Shown here: piece after piece, positions 29,625-41,423 of the stretch
Numbering within the stretch: position 1 is the first letter of the stretch
Layout: the number at the start of each line of letters is the position of its first letter
Assembly: GCA_965116925.1 (NCBI GenBank)
Contig: OZ220744.1
Location: forward strand, 2,176,001 to 2,240,000
Direction: 5' to 3'
Length of the DNA stretch: 64,000 nucleotides
DNA from: Candidatus Poribacteria bacterium
GTDB lineage: Bacteria > Poribacteria > WGA-4E > PCPOR2b
Made by a program: the position numbers and the translations under genes
Notes under the pieces: generated by a model
Told to the model about the DNA's origin: nothing
The model's database searches: none
The model's input: the letters and a program-made list of their open reading frames with translations, nothing else

Positions 29625-30195
29625 AGTGCGAGAAATCGGCGAAATACTTAGCGATCAAAACGAGATCGAACTGTTGTCGCTTCGCAATTATCCGGAGGCA
29701 CCAGATGTCGTCGAAGATGGCAAAACCTATGAGGAGAACGCCATCAAAAAAGCATCCGCCCTTGCCGAATACACCGGACATCTAACCATCGGGGATGACT
29801 CTGGTCTAGCGGTAGATGCGCTTGATGGAGCACCCGGCGTCCATTCCGCCCGTTATGCCGGCGAGAACGCTTCAGACCAAGATCGTATTGACAAGCTACT
29901 TGACGCGCTTCAGAATGTTCCTGATGACCGGCGATCAGGACGTTTCATCTGTGCTGTAGCTATCGCCGAACCTCTCGCTCAAGTACAGGTTGTCCGGGGT
30001 ATCTGCGAAGGCCGAATTATTCAGGTGCCACGTGGGAAGAGTGGCTTTGGATATGACCCAGTTTTTGTCCCCACAGGCTATAACAAAACCTTTGCGGAGT
30101 TGGGCGACGCCGTTAAGAATCAGATCAGCCACCGTGCGAAGGCGTTGGGCAAAGCGAAAAAATTGTTAAGTGAAATGGACTTTGAGAAGTTCTAA
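29590..30195 (+). CDS. rdgB: XTP/dITP diphosphatase (Ham1 family)
   Basis: [48 protein letters not shown]; follows rph. Confidence 0.96.
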   Translation: MKLVLATRNQGKVREIGEILSDQNEIELLSLRNYPEAPDVVEDGKTYEENAIKKASALAEYTGHLTIGDDSGLAVDALDGAPGVHSARYAGENASDQDRIDKLLDALQNVPDDRRSGRFICAVAIAEPLAQVQVVRGICEGRIIQVPRGKSGFGYDPVFVPTGYNKTFAELGDAVKNQISHRAKALGKAKKLLSEMDFEKF

Positions 30196-30204
30196 GAATC
30201 CCCT

Positions 30205-31470
30205 ATGAAAGCCCCTGCGGCAAATGCCCACTCCCGAAAAGCTCTTATACTGCTCTCCGTTCTAGTTGTCATTTCGCTGATAGGGATTGGGCTCTACTTT
30301 GCTCCCAGTTTGCTAGATACCACGCCACCGGTCCTGACAGTAAACGGGTTGGAAAAGGATCAACATTATCGCGGCTCTCTAACGCTCAAAATTGCTGCTA
30401 TGGACGAAAAGCCCGGCTTGGGGTCGTTGACCGTACAAGTCGATAATGTTCCTGCAAGCACTTTGAGCCTCGTCGAAGAGGAGCCCGCCTTTTGGACGCT
30501 CCAAACCGCCGCGTTTGCCGATGGACTGCACACGGTTTCCGTAACAGCGGTGGATAGGTCGTTGCACAAAAACCGGACGCAGTACACGCGTCCATTTTAC
30601 ATTGACAACACCCCACCAACGCTTCATGCTCCCTCAGAAACGCTCCATGTTGGGCAAGGTAGAACGCTTGCACTTTTTCTTCAAACGGATGAGCCGCTCT
30701 CAAACATGGAGGGACAGCTTTTTAACAGATCGGTCACCTTCTATCCGACTAGCTCAGAGAACTTGTACCGCAGTTTTCTTGGTGTTGGCGTGACAACCAC
30801 TCCCCAAAACTATTCACTCACGGTGAGAGCGACGGATTTGGTCGGCAATGAAGCGGAGAAAACCTTTCAGGTCGAGGTTCATAAAACGGTCTTCGCGCGT
30901 GGGGGGTACATTACCCTCTCTCCTAAAAAGCAGCAGATCATGATGGACAGATCTAAAGGCAGGGAAGACAACGCAAAACGCGGCGCAGCTTACGCACAGG
31001 CAGACCGGGAAACCGAGCAGCTTTGGGAGGGAAAATTCGTCCGTCCCACTGAAGGGCGACTGACATCGCCTTTCGGAAAGTATCGCGAGTATAACACCGG
31101 CGTCCGTCGGCATCACTACGGGACGGACATCGCAAATGTGGTGGGTACGCCTGTCTATGCGTCGAACCGTGGTGTGGTTAGCCTTGCCGACAGATTGCAT
31201 ATCTATGGGAATGCTGTGATTATCAATCATGGGCAGGGGGTTTCGAGCAGTTACAATCATCTCAATGAAATTCATGTGAAAACTGGCGATCATGTTGAGA
31301 AGGGACAACGCATCGGACTGATGGGAGCCACCGGACAAGCCACAGGCTCACACCTCCATTGGGGCATGGTGGTCAGAGGGGTGGCGGTTGCTCCGGAGGA
31401 ATGGACAGAACGAGATTTCTCGTCCCCGGAAATTAAGAATTTATCTCGGCTAGATGGGAAACAAAGATGA
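30205..31470 (+). CDS. Membrane-anchored M23 family metallopeptidase with Ig-like domains
   Basis: N-terminal TM, DTTPP Ig-like repeats, HYGTDIA, YGN.VII.HG, ATG.HLHW. Confidence 0.92.
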   Translation: MKAPAANAHSRKALILLSVLVVISLIGIGLYFAPSLLDTTPPVLTVNGLEKDQHYRGSLTLKIAAMDEKPGLGSLTVQVDNVPASTLSLVEEEPAFWTLQTAAFADGLHTVSVTAVDRSLHKNRTQYTRPFYIDNTPPTLHAPSETLHVGQGRTLALFLQTDEPLSNMEGQLFNRSVTFYPTSSENLYRSFLGVGVTTTPQNYSLTVRATDLVGNEAEKTFQVEVHKTVFARGGYITLSPKKQQIMMDRSKGREDNAKRGAAYAQADRETEQLWEGKFVRPTEGRLTSPFGKYREYNTGVRRHHYGTDIANVVGTPVYASNRGVVSLADRLHIYGNAVIINHGQGVSSSYNHLNEIHVKTGDHVEKGQRIGLMGATGQATGSHLHWGMVVRGVAVAPEEWTERDFSSPEIKNLSRLDGKQR

Positions 31471-32021
31471 GTCAATTAATCCCACTTGAACAAATTGTAC
31501 CCAGCAAGGTCTGTTTTTCATGCGATGTTTGCTGCCGATTCCTCGACCAAGACAGCTTCCTCGCCCCTATCTTCACCCAAGCTGAAATGAAAAACGCGAT
31601 CGCGAACGGGGTGAACTCGAATCTCTTTCGTCCTACGGTAGATGGGAAAAGCGTGCAGGTTAAATTGATAGCGGATGGGAATATGTACATCTGTCCCTGC
31701 TTTAATCCTGAAACGAGTGAGTGCACAATCTACCCGATGCGTCCGCTGGACTGCCAGATCTATCCTTTCGCCCTAATGTACAATCAGGACCAAACGCAGG
31801 TTGTCTTGGGCGTTGACATGATCTGTCCTTATGGTGAGTCGGAGATCCAGACGGAACCGTTCCAGTGCTATATCGACTACATGGCGGACTATCTGGAATC
31901 GAATCCAGTTGTTGAAACTGTAGCTGCAAATTGGCAGATCATTGGACCCTATCAGGACACAGTGGTAATTGTCCGCACTTTGGAGAAGTTGACATTAGCC
32001 AGAATGAAAAACAAGCATTGA
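31467..32021 (+). CDS. YkgJ-family cysteine-cluster (CxxCxxCC) protein
   Basis: CFSCDVCC...CPCF...CTIYPMRPLDCQIYPF. Confidence 0.88.
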   Translation: MSQLIPLEQIVPSKVCFSCDVCCRFLDQDSFLAPIFTQAEMKNAIANGVNSNLFRPTVDGKSVQVKLIADGNMYICPCFNPETSECTIYPMRPLDCQIYPFALMYNQDQTQVVLGVDMICPYGESEIQTEPFQCYIDYMADYLESNPVVETVAANWQIIGPYQDTVVIVRTLEKLTLARMKNKH

Positions 32022-32060
32022 GTCAGTCGGACGGAAAACCGTCCCAGAAAGGAGAAAAAT

Positions 32061-32864
32061 ATGGCAAACGTGCCGTGCCGTTTGGCGGCGTTAGATTTAG
32101 ATGGGACACTGCTAAATGATGAACATATCGTGACAGATCGAAGCTGCGAAGCACTCCAGAAATTATCGGTGCAAGGTGTTGTAGTCGTGCTGATTTCGGG
32201 GAGAATGCATCGAGCCATCTTACCGATCAGCGATCAGATTGGATTAGAAAATCCGATCATTTCATACAATGGTGGAATGGTTAAACACCCTCGAACGGGA
32301 GAGGTAATGCATCATACCCCCATTCCGGCAGCGGAAGCAATGGCGTTAGTCGAGTATGGAGATCAGAAGGGACTCCATCTTAACTTCTGTTTGAATGACC
32401 AGTTATTCATCAAGGAGTATAATCAGTGGGGTGAGCTCTATGAAAACAGAACGGGGGTCCCGGCGACGCCACTCGGCGATCTGCGCGAATTAGAGGGGAA
32501 AGAACCTACGAAGATGCAGATTTTGGATACACCCGAAACAATCGATCTGCTTCTCACTGAGTGCAAAGCCGAATTTGGTGAGCGGTTATATGTCACACGG
32601 ACACAGGTCGAATATATTGAGTTTATGAATCCGCAGGTATCGAAGGGGCGAGCACTACAAGCCTTGGCTGACCAACTTAACATTCCTAACAATCTGATTG
32701 TTACATTTGGCGATGGATATAACGATGAGAGCATGATGGAAATCGCCGGTTTCGGGGTCGCTATGGGCAATGCCGTCGATGAAATTAAGGCTATCGCCGA
32801 TTACACAACGGACACCAATCAGAACGATGGTGTTGCCCTAGCAGTCGAGCATCTGCTGCTTTGA
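32061..32864 (+). CDS. Cof-type HAD-IIB hydrolase
   Basis: DLDGTLL, SGR, SKG.AL, FGDGYNDESM, AMGNA, DGVA. Confidence 0.95.
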   Translation: MANVPCRLAALDLDGTLLNDEHIVTDRSCEALQKLSVQGVVVVLISGRMHRAILPISDQIGLENPIISYNGGMVKHPRTGEVMHHTPIPAAEAMALVEYGDQKGLHLNFCLNDQLFIKEYNQWGELYENRTGVPATPLGDLRELEGKEPTKMQILDTPETIDLLLTECKAEFGERLYVTRTQVEYIEFMNPQVSKGRALQALADQLNIPNNLIVTFGDGYNDESMMEIAGFGVAMGNAVDEIKAIADYTTDTNQNDGVALAVEHLLL

Positions 32865-32886
32865 AGGTGGTCATACTCGCATTGGC

Positions 32887-33162
32887 TTACGCCTGTATGG
32901 GATGGCGGACCTTCGTTCCGAGGACCGGGATATTTGCAACAAGTGCCATTGAGTCCTGTTCACGCTCAAGCTCCATTTCTACCTGTTCCTGCTCGAGTAT
33001 GAAATACCTCGACAAAACTTCAGTCAGCTCTGCTTGCAGGCTTTCCATTATCTCTTCATCAATTCCAGTGCGGTCTTGGACAAGGATGAGTTGTAGCCGA
33101 CTTTTCGCAACACTTTTGCTCTTCTGCTCCCGATTTAGTAACTGCATTAATCGTTTGAACAT
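32887..33162 (-). CDS. minE: Cell division topological specificity factor MinE
   Basis: SKSVAKSRLQLILVQDR, EVLSRY, LVANIP; AAGGAG RBS before ATG 33162. Confidence 0.93.
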   Translation of the reverse strand: MFKRLMQLLNREQKSKSVAKSRLQLILVQDRTGIDEEIMESLQAELTEVLSRYFILEQEQVEMELEREQDSMALVANIPVLGTKVRHPIQA

Positions 33163-33175
33163 CGATCTTCTCCTT

Positions 33176-33979
33176 TTAACTATTAAACAGTTTCCCAAAC
33201 CAGTTACCGAACAAACCTCCCGCCTTAAACTCTGGGATTGGAACATCTTCCCCTTCAAGCCTTTGCGCGATACGTTTGTAAGCCTGCCCAGCATCGGACC
33301 TGTGATTGTAGGCTGATGGCATACCTCGGTTTGTTGAAATAAGGATTTCCTTATCTTCTGGGATGACGCCAACTAGATTGATTGACAAGATGTCTATGAC
33401 ATCTGTCGGTTCCATCATGTCGCCTGCCTTGACCATCTCCGGCGCAAGTCGATTGATAATGAGATGCAAGTTACCAATGGTCATGTTCTGCAGCAAACCG
33501 ATGATTCGATCTGCATCTCTGACCGCTGCGACCTCCGGCGTTGTCACAATCAGTGCCTCATCCGCCCCTGCAGCTGCGTTTTGAAACCCCTGCTCAATGC
33601 CGGCAGGTGAATCGACCAAAACGTAGTCGTGCATCTCTTTCAGTTCTAGGCAGAGTTTTTTCATCTGTTCCGGCTGAATATCGCTTTTGTTATTTCTCTG
33701 CGAGGCCGCAAGGAGATAGAGATCTTTCGTCCTTCGATCTTTAACCAGTGCTTGTTCCAGTTCACAAACGCCTTCGAGGACATCCATTGATGTGTACACA
33801 ACGCGACTTTCCAGCCCCATAATGACATCAAGGTTTCTCAATCCCACATCCGCATCGACGACAACGACCTTCTTACCCAGCACAGCTAGAGCCGTCCCAA
33901 GATTCGCCGTGGAAGTGCTTTTACCGACCCCGCCTTTTCCAGACGTAACGACGATCACTTTTCCCATTTTTCTGGTCAT
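33176..33979 (-). CDS. minD: Septum site-determining ATPase MinD
   Basis: SGKGGVGKST, DVGLRNLD, DSPAGIE.GF, VRDADRIIGLL, C-terminal amphipathic helix. Confidence 0.97.
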   Translation of the reverse strand: MTRKMGKVIVVTSGKGGVGKSTSTANLGTALAVLGKKVVVVDADVGLRNLDVIMGLESRVVYTSMDVLEGVCELEQALVKDRRTKDLYLLAASQRNNKSDIQPEQMKKLCLELKEMHDYVLVDSPAGIEQGFQNAAAGADEALIVTTPEVAAVRDADRIIGLLQNMTIGNLHLIINRLAPEMVKAGDMMEPTDVIDILSINLVGVIPEDKEILISTNRGMPSAYNHRSDAGQAYKRIAQRLEGEDVPIPEFKAGGLFGNWFGKLFNS

Positions 33980-34224
33980 CCTTCCCTCATAAAGATTTAA
34001 AAATCGTACCAGTTCTGACTAGGAACAACGTCCAAAGACTTATCCCCTGGGATGTCTATAGTCTCGGTAGTAATCGCTCCTAACTACCAGCCGGTTATAG
34101 CCTCGACATCCAAAGACAATCGGCTGGCAAGCGATAATGCTTTATTATGATTCAGTAATTGACAAAACTTGAAGATGGTGAGAGGAGTCTACACCCGTTT
34201 GTATTTTTCTTATCCGGGTCAGAG

Positions 34225-34908
34225 TCAATCGTATTCTTCGACGATAATAGCATCTTCTAGGACGCGCGCAATTTCTGCTCTTTGGTGTTGTTGTTGTTCA
34301 GCAGGTGCGCGGGTGATAAAACGCCCAATCCTCAACTGGGTCGGCAGCAGGTTCAACGCGAAAATTATTGATGATATATTACCAAGCGCGCCAGCGTGGG
34401 CAACGCCCCGCAAGGTGCCAAGGACTATAATATCTCCGGCAGCGACCACTTCTGCTCCCGGATTCACATCGCCTAGGATGACCATATTCCCTTCCAAAGC
34501 ACGTTCGATCTGACCAGAACGCAGTGTGTGACGGATAAATCGCGTCTCCTCATTTATCTGAGCAAGCTGATTATAAACATGTTCTTCGCTATGGAGGGCT
34601 GGCACACCTGCAATCTGGGCTGATTCGGTTCTATTGAGTTCGTCTTGGGAATCACCAATGATTTGCTTGACTTCAAGTCCATAATTTTCGCTCAATAACT
34701 TTTTCAGGCGGACTAATTCTTCATCATTTAATGATCTACTTCCGAGATCGATGTTCATTGTCAAGCCTGATAACGAATCCCCTAAGCTTGCCATTCGTTC
34801 TACAATCGCTTGTTCAATCTGCTGCATTGAGGCTTCGGGGTCAATAATCAGGCGCATACCATCGCGGAAGCCCTTGAGTTCAACGGTCGGATGTGATTCG
34901 TTCTGCAT
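34225..34908 (-). CDS. minC: Septum site-determining protein MinC
   Basis: TLRSGQ, GDVNPGAEVVAAGDIIVLGTLRGVAHAG, PTQLRIG. Confidence 0.95.
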   Translation of the reverse strand: MQNESHPTVELKGFRDGMRLIIDPEASMQQIEQAIVERMASLGDSLSGLTMNIDLGSRSLNDEELVRLKKLLSENYGLEVKQIIGDSQDELNRTESAQIAGVPALHSEEHVYNQLAQINEETRFIRHTLRSGQIERALEGNMVILGDVNPGAEVVAAGDIIVLGTLRGVAHAGALGNISSIIFALNLLPTQLRIGRFITRAPAEQQQHQRAEIARVLEDAIIVEEYD

Positions 34909-34941
34909 TTCACTCCTCTTATAGAATAATAGTCCTAGTCC

Positions 34942-36216
34942 CTAGTCTTCAACTTTTGCTAAGACATAGGGGCCGTCGGGAAGCGCAGCAATTTGGGCAT
35001 CAGTTCCATGTTTGGCAAGGACGCGCTCGATCCCTTCTTGTGGGGTTCGGATTGGCTGCACAAATAGATCTTTCAATTGATCATGAGGTATGCCATCAGC
35101 ATAGCAGTATATTTCAGCTTTTTTGGCGGCTTTTGCTAACTCCTCCAACTGCCATTGGTCAATGACAAAGTTGGCTGGGTCGTGAATATCATGAATAAAT
35201 TGCTTCAGGTCTTTCGTTTTCAAGATGAGATCGGTGAAAGGTCCGCTCCCAATTCCTTGGCTGCACTCCGCGACCAGAATAATGCTTCCATTCTGTTTAA
35301 CGATCTCCACCGCTGCCAGCATTCCTTTGACTGCTTGATAAAACGTGGTATCGAGCGGATAGCCTGCACTTGACACGAGAACGGCATCGACAGGTTTCGG
35401 CAATGTTACCTTCACCTGTCTTTCGACAAATCTGACGCCTTCTAAATGAGATTCGACGATATCGCCAGCAAATATACCGGTGAGTCTACGTCGGTCATCA
35501 ATTGTGACGTTCACGTTAAAATCTACGCCTGCCATCAAGGCGATTTCGGTGGCTTCGATATGAAGTGGGTTACCTTCGAGGTTGCCGACCGAAGCTTTCG
35601 GATGTTCAAGAATCTGAGGTCCGTGCAGCACTTTCATCGTCTCAATTGAAGCTAATCCTGGACAGATCGATTTGCGTCCGCCGGAATATCCTGCCATCAG
35701 ATGGGGTTCAATCAAAGCGGTCGTGACCTTCAAATCCGATTCCAGATAGGTCTTATCAATATAAACCGGAGCACCGCCCTGTGTTAAACCGAGATATTTG
35801 TGCGTTTCGAGATCTTGCGAAAAATGGTTGACGATTCGATAGCTATTCATAATCTCGGTGCCGACCATTTCTTCGAGTTCTTTCCCTTGGTTGGGGCGAT
35901 GGATGCCCGTCGCAATCAGAATTGTGATTTTTTCGCGCAGGATGCCACTGGATTCCAGCGTTTGCAGGATTGGCGGGAGGATTAGCTTATTGGGGACGGG
36001 ACGTGTTACGTCGGAAATGACAACGCAGGCGGAAGTCCGATCCTTCGCCAACGCGGCTAGCGGCGCGGAGTGAATTGGTGACTCGATCGCGTCCCAAACT
36101 GCACGTTCCGGATGCTCAATTGGGACAGATTTCTGGAGGGTCAGCACACCTGCCAAATTCTGGTCAGGGATTTCGACTTCCAGCAGATCTCGTCCATATT
36201 TCATGCCAACTCGCAT
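34942..36216 (-). CDS. larA: Nickel-pincer-dependent lactate racemase (LarA) family protein
   Basis: SDVTRP, ATGIHR, EPHLMAGYSGGRKS..PG, GYPLD..FYQAVKG; substrate may differ from lactate. Confidence 0.88.
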   Translation of the reverse strand: MRVGMKYGRDLLEVEIPDQNLAGVLTLQKSVPIEHPERAVWDAIESPIHSAPLAALAKDRTSACVVISDVTRPVPNKLILPPILQTLESSGILREKITILIATGIHRPNQGKELEEMVGTEIMNSYRIVNHFSQDLETHKYLGLTQGGAPVYIDKTYLESDLKVTTALIEPHLMAGYSGGRKSICPGLASIETMKVLHGPQILEHPKASVGNLEGNPLHIEATEIALMAGVDFNVNVTIDDRRRLTGIFAGDIVESHLEGVRFVERQVKVTLPKPVDAVLVSSAGYPLDTTFYQAVKGMLAAVEIVKQNGSIILVAECSQGIGSGPFTDLILKTKDLKQFIHDIHDPANFVIDQWQLEELAKAAKKAEIYCYADGIPHDQLKDLFVQPIRTPQEGIERVLAKHGTDAQIAALPDGPYVLAKVED

Positions 36217-36487
36217 TAGAATTCACCTCAGTATGCTGACTTTAAGGTTAGGAGGCTTTATATATACTTGTTATAACATTATAAACAAGATACCGTCCCT
36301 AATGCAAGTCTTTTTTCAGGCAATTGAGCGGGAAAATGCCTTGCTGTACTTGATTCCAGAATCTGTATGACGATTAAGTTCGTTCCATGAAACGGAGTAA
36401 GGGATAAGTGTTCAAAAATTTGAGACTTGACGAATTGAGGGGTTGTGTGGAATAATTTTAGGCTTGCGCTAAGAATATGGAGGATGA

Positions 36488-37492
36488 TTGGATATGCTAA
36501 GAGTTGGAATTAACGGCTTTGGTCGAATTGGACGCAACGCATTGAGGGCTGCATTAAAAAATAAAAACGTAGATCTTGATTTTGTGGCAATTAACGATTT
36601 AACAGACCCAGAAACACTTGCACACCTGCTCAAATACGATTCGGTGCTTGGGGAACTTGATGCCGATGTCCAACCAACAAATAACGGACTTATTGTCAAC
36701 GGGAAAAAGATCCTCGCCTTTTCCGAACGAGATCCAGTTGCGCTCCCTTGGAACACTTTAGGAATTGACGTTGTTATTGAATCGACAGGTTTTTTTACGG
36801 ATGGAAGGGATGCATCGAAGCATCTGGAGGCGGGCGCGAAAAAAGTGGTGATCTCTGCACCTGCTAAGAACGAGGATATCACTGTCGTACTGGGCGTTAA
36901 TGAAGATAAATACGATAAAGAGAAACATCATATTATCTCCAACGCTTCCTGTACGACGAATTGTCTAGCACCGATTGCAAAGGTGCTCTTGGAAAACTTT
37001 GGTATCCATAGTGGTCTAATGACTACTATCCATTCGTATACGAACGATCAGCAAGTGTTGGATCTCCCGCATGAAGATATACGCCGGGCGCGTGCGGCTG
37101 CACTTTCAATGATTCCGACGTCCACAGGTGCAGCAAGCGCGATTTCGCTGGTCATTCCTGAACTAGAAGGGAAATTTGATGGGATGGCGATTCGGGTTCC
37201 AACACCGAACGTATCTGTAGTGGATCTCACCGTTGACCTAGAAACGAAAGCGAGTGTAGAAGCAGTTAATGCAGTTGTGAAGAAAGCTGCCGAGGGAGAG
37301 CAGCGAGGCATCCTAAGTTATTCAGAAATTCCACTTGTATCGGTTGACTTCAAGGGTAACCCCCATTCGTCAATCTTTGATGCTGAATTCACAAGGGTGA
37401 TTGATGGCGAATTGGTGAAAGTGCTCTCTTGGTACGATAACGAATGGGGATACTCAAACCGTTTGGTTGAATTGGCTGCGCGTGTGTTGTAA
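36488..37492 (+). CDS. gap: Type I glyceraldehyde-3-phosphate dehydrogenase
   Basis: GINGFGRIGR, SNASCTTNCLAP, WYDNEWGYS. Confidence 0.98.
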   Translation: MDMLRVGINGFGRIGRNALRAALKNKNVDLDFVAINDLTDPETLAHLLKYDSVLGELDADVQPTNNGLIVNGKKILAFSERDPVALPWNTLGIDVVIESTGFFTDGRDASKHLEAGAKKVVISAPAKNEDITVVLGVNEDKYDKEKHHIISNASCTTNCLAPIAKVLLENFGIHSGLMTTIHSYTNDQQVLDLPHEDIRRARAAALSMIPTSTGAASAISLVIPELEGKFDGMAIRVPTPNVSVVDLTVDLETKASVEAVNAVVKKAAEGEQRGILSYSEIPLVSVDFKGNPHSSIFDAEFTRVIDGELVKVLSWYDNEWGYSNRLVELAARVL

Positions 37493-37567
37493 TAGGCTCA
37501 GTCTATCTCAATTGGTCCCCAACTGAACTGACTCTTGTTTCTGTAGCGTAACTCATAATAGGAGAAG

Positions 37568-38347
37568 ATGCGAACACCAATCATTGTCGGTAACTGGAAA
37601 CTCAACAAGACCGTCCGTGAAGCGGTGGTGCTTGTCACCTTACTTCAGCCATTGGTCGCTGATGTCACCGATGTCGAAATTGTTGTTGCCCCTGTTTTTA
37701 CGGGGCTTTCTGCGGTGGCGCAGACACTAGTAGGTGGAGATATTCGACTTGCAGCGCAGGATGTCTTTTGGGAGAACAACGGCGCATTCACCGGAGAAGT
37801 GTCGCCGGGGATGCTCAAGGATGTGGGGTGCGACTACGTGATCATCGGTCACTCCGAACGCCGGCAATACTTCAATGAGACAAATGAAGGCGTCAACCGT
37901 AAAGCCAAGGCAGCACACGCACACGGCTTGATACCGATAATCTGTGCAGGCGAAAGCCTTGAAGAGCGTGAAGCGGGGAAAACCCCAGCAGTGGTTAAGG
38001 ACCACGTTCTCAACGGAATCGCTGGGTTATCCGCAGATCAGATTGTGTTGACGGTCATCGCTTATGAACCCGTTTGGGCAATTGGGACAGGACACAATGC
38101 AACCCCAGACCAAGCCCAAGAGGTTCACGCACTTATCAGATCGCTCCTATCAGAAATCTATTCGGCTGATGTGGCATCACGGGTCCGGATTCAGTATGGT
38201 GGGAGTGTTAAGCCGGACAATGCTGCTGCGTTGATTGCACAGCCCGATGTAGATGGCGCATTGGTCGGTACAGCAAGTTGGGAGGCGGAATCGTTTGCCC
38301 AAATCGTCAAAGCTGTGTACGATGTTTGTTCAATCAGTAAAAAATAA
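37568..38347 (+). CDS. tpiA: Triose-phosphate isomerase
   Basis: [35 protein letters not shown]. Confidence 0.98.
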   Translation: MRTPIIVGNWKLNKTVREAVVLVTLLQPLVADVTDVEIVVAPVFTGLSAVAQTLVGGDIRLAAQDVFWENNGAFTGEVSPGMLKDVGCDYVIIGHSERRQYFNETNEGVNRKAKAAHAHGLIPIICAGESLEEREAGKTPAVVKDHVLNGIAGLSADQIVLTVIAYEPVWAIGTGHNATPDQAQEVHALIRSLLSEIYSADVASRVRIQYGGSVKPDNAAALIAQPDVDGALVGTASWEAESFAQIVKAVYDVCSISKK

Positions 38348-38378
38348 ATAACTACGCTCATGTTAAGATTTGGTGCAA

Positions 38379-38412
38379 AGAAACCGAGCTTTTTCTTGCA
38401 AACTCGGTTTCT
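38379..38412. repeat. AGAAACCGAG hairpin repeat, copy 1
   Basis: AGAAACCGAG...CTCGGTTTCT; other copies at 48357, 49789 and 52324. Confidence 0.85.
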
Positions 38413-38474
38413 CTTCATGCTTTGCACTTTCTTTTTATATGAGCCAATAACTATTACGAAAGTGAGGAAGTATC

Positions 38475-38891
38475 ATGGAAATCATCGTTGGTTTTATTCT
38501 CGTCCTATTTGTACCCGCCTGTATTTTGCTGCCTATTATTATCCTGTTGCAAGATAGCAAAGGGGAAGGACTTTCATCAAGTGCATTTGGTGGAGCGGGC
38601 GGCAGCATGCAATCAGTTCTAGGGGGGCAAGGTGCCGCAACTTTCCTTTCTAAGGTTACAACGTGGCTCGCTATCGGATTCATGGTAATGGCACTGTTTC
38701 TAATGCGCTTCTATGGTGAAACGGGCGGCGAATTAAAACCGCTAGAGGGAGCAGCAGCGCAGCCTGAAATCACGATTACACCCCCAGATGAGACAACGGA
38801 TGCGGGTGCAGCATCTGACACCGCCGAGACGGATGGAACTGATACGTCATCTGATAGCGCAGATGATGTTGCAGAAAGTGCTGGGAAGTAG
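38475..38891 (+). CDS. secG: Preprotein translocase subunit SecG with acidic tail
   Basis: Two TM helices around ILLQDSKGEGLSSSAFGG; FLSKVT; follows tpiA. Confidence 0.93.
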   Translation: MEIIVGFILVLFVPACILLPIIILLQDSKGEGLSSSAFGGAGGSMQSVLGGQGAATFLSKVTTWLAIGFMVMALFLMRFYGETGGELKPLEGAAAQPEITITPPDETTDAGAASDTAETDGTDTSSDSADDVAESAGK

Positions 38892-39038
38892 AACAGTAAT
38901 GAGTGAGGCTAAAATTCGGCAGGTGTGCTTACGTGGGACGTAAACCGGAATCTACATGAGTATACCTCCCCTTATGCTTCACTCGTTCTGATGTTTCAAA
39001 CGCTGGAAAGTACCTTCTTAAAATATGCGAATTCACCA

Positions 39039-40693
<1,655 letters not shown>

Positions 40694-40748
40694 TGCGGTA
40701 TAATATAGTTACGCTTACCTTATCAAAATCCGAAGGAGATTTAATACA

Positions 40749-41315
40749 ATGAGGAGAAGATATTGGATTTTCGGAATAGCAATTTTTTCGACGATGATAT
40801 TTGTAACCCTCTGCTTAAATTACGCCGAAAGCCAGAGTGATCTGGTCAAACGCGGAAAATATCTCGTTGATGCAGCTGGAGCGTGTGGTCAGTGTCATAC
40901 GCCGCGTAAACGTGCAGAGATGGATATGAGTATGTATCTCGCAGGCCATCCTGCAAATGAACCGTACCCTAAATTCGATATGAGCATGATGCAACGCGGC
41001 ATTTTCATGGTCGCTGCACCGACGCTTGCGGCATTTTCGATGCCCTTTGGGACAACATTTGCCGCAAACCTAACACCTGATAAAGAGACAGGACTCGGTG
41101 AGTGGACAGAAAAAATGTTCGTCGATACGATGCGAATCGGACACCATCAAGGCGATACGAGCAATCGAAAACTCCTGCCACCGATGCCGATTAAGAACGC
41201 CTATGCAAACATGAGCGATGAAGACCTCAAGGCGATGTGGGCTTATTTGAAAACCATCAGGCCCGTCAAGAATGCAGTACCTGTCGCGCTCAATCGCATG
41301 GGTAGACCTTTTTAG
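40749..41315 (+). CDS. Exported c-type cytochrome (one CxxCH)
   Basis: Signal peptide, RGKYLV...CGQCHTP, ANLTPDKETGLG.W, LLPPMP, DLKAMWAYLKT. Confidence 0.9.
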   Translation: MRRRYWIFGIAIFSTMIFVTLCLNYAESQSDLVKRGKYLVDAAGACGQCHTPRKRAEMDMSMYLAGHPANEPYPKFDMSMMQRGIFMVAAPTLAAFSMPFGTTFAANLTPDKETGLGEWTEKMFVDTMRIGHHQGDTSNRKLLPPMPIKNAYANMSDEDLKAMWAYLKTIRPVKNAVPVALNRMGRPF

Positions 41316-41345
41316 GGTTGGATACAAACGCTTTACAATTGGGTA

Positions 41346-41373
41346 GTAGGGAACGCAGATCTACGTTCCCTAT
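41346..41373. repeat. GTAG-type REP palindrome
   Basis: GTAGGGAACG-CAGATCTA-CGTTCCCTAT; same arms as 17485-17512. Confidence 0.75.
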
Positions 41374-41423
41374 GTTTGCCGAACGTTTTCTTTTTTATCA
41401 AGGTGGTAACTCCGGTAATACCT

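Noticed and set aside
33163..33372. 161-aa version of MinE
   Set aside because: It overlaps minD; the RBS and family length support the start at 33162.
37493..37567. Absence of pgk between gap and tpiA
   Set aside because: Operon rearrangement is common and no remnant is visible; pgk may be elsewhere.
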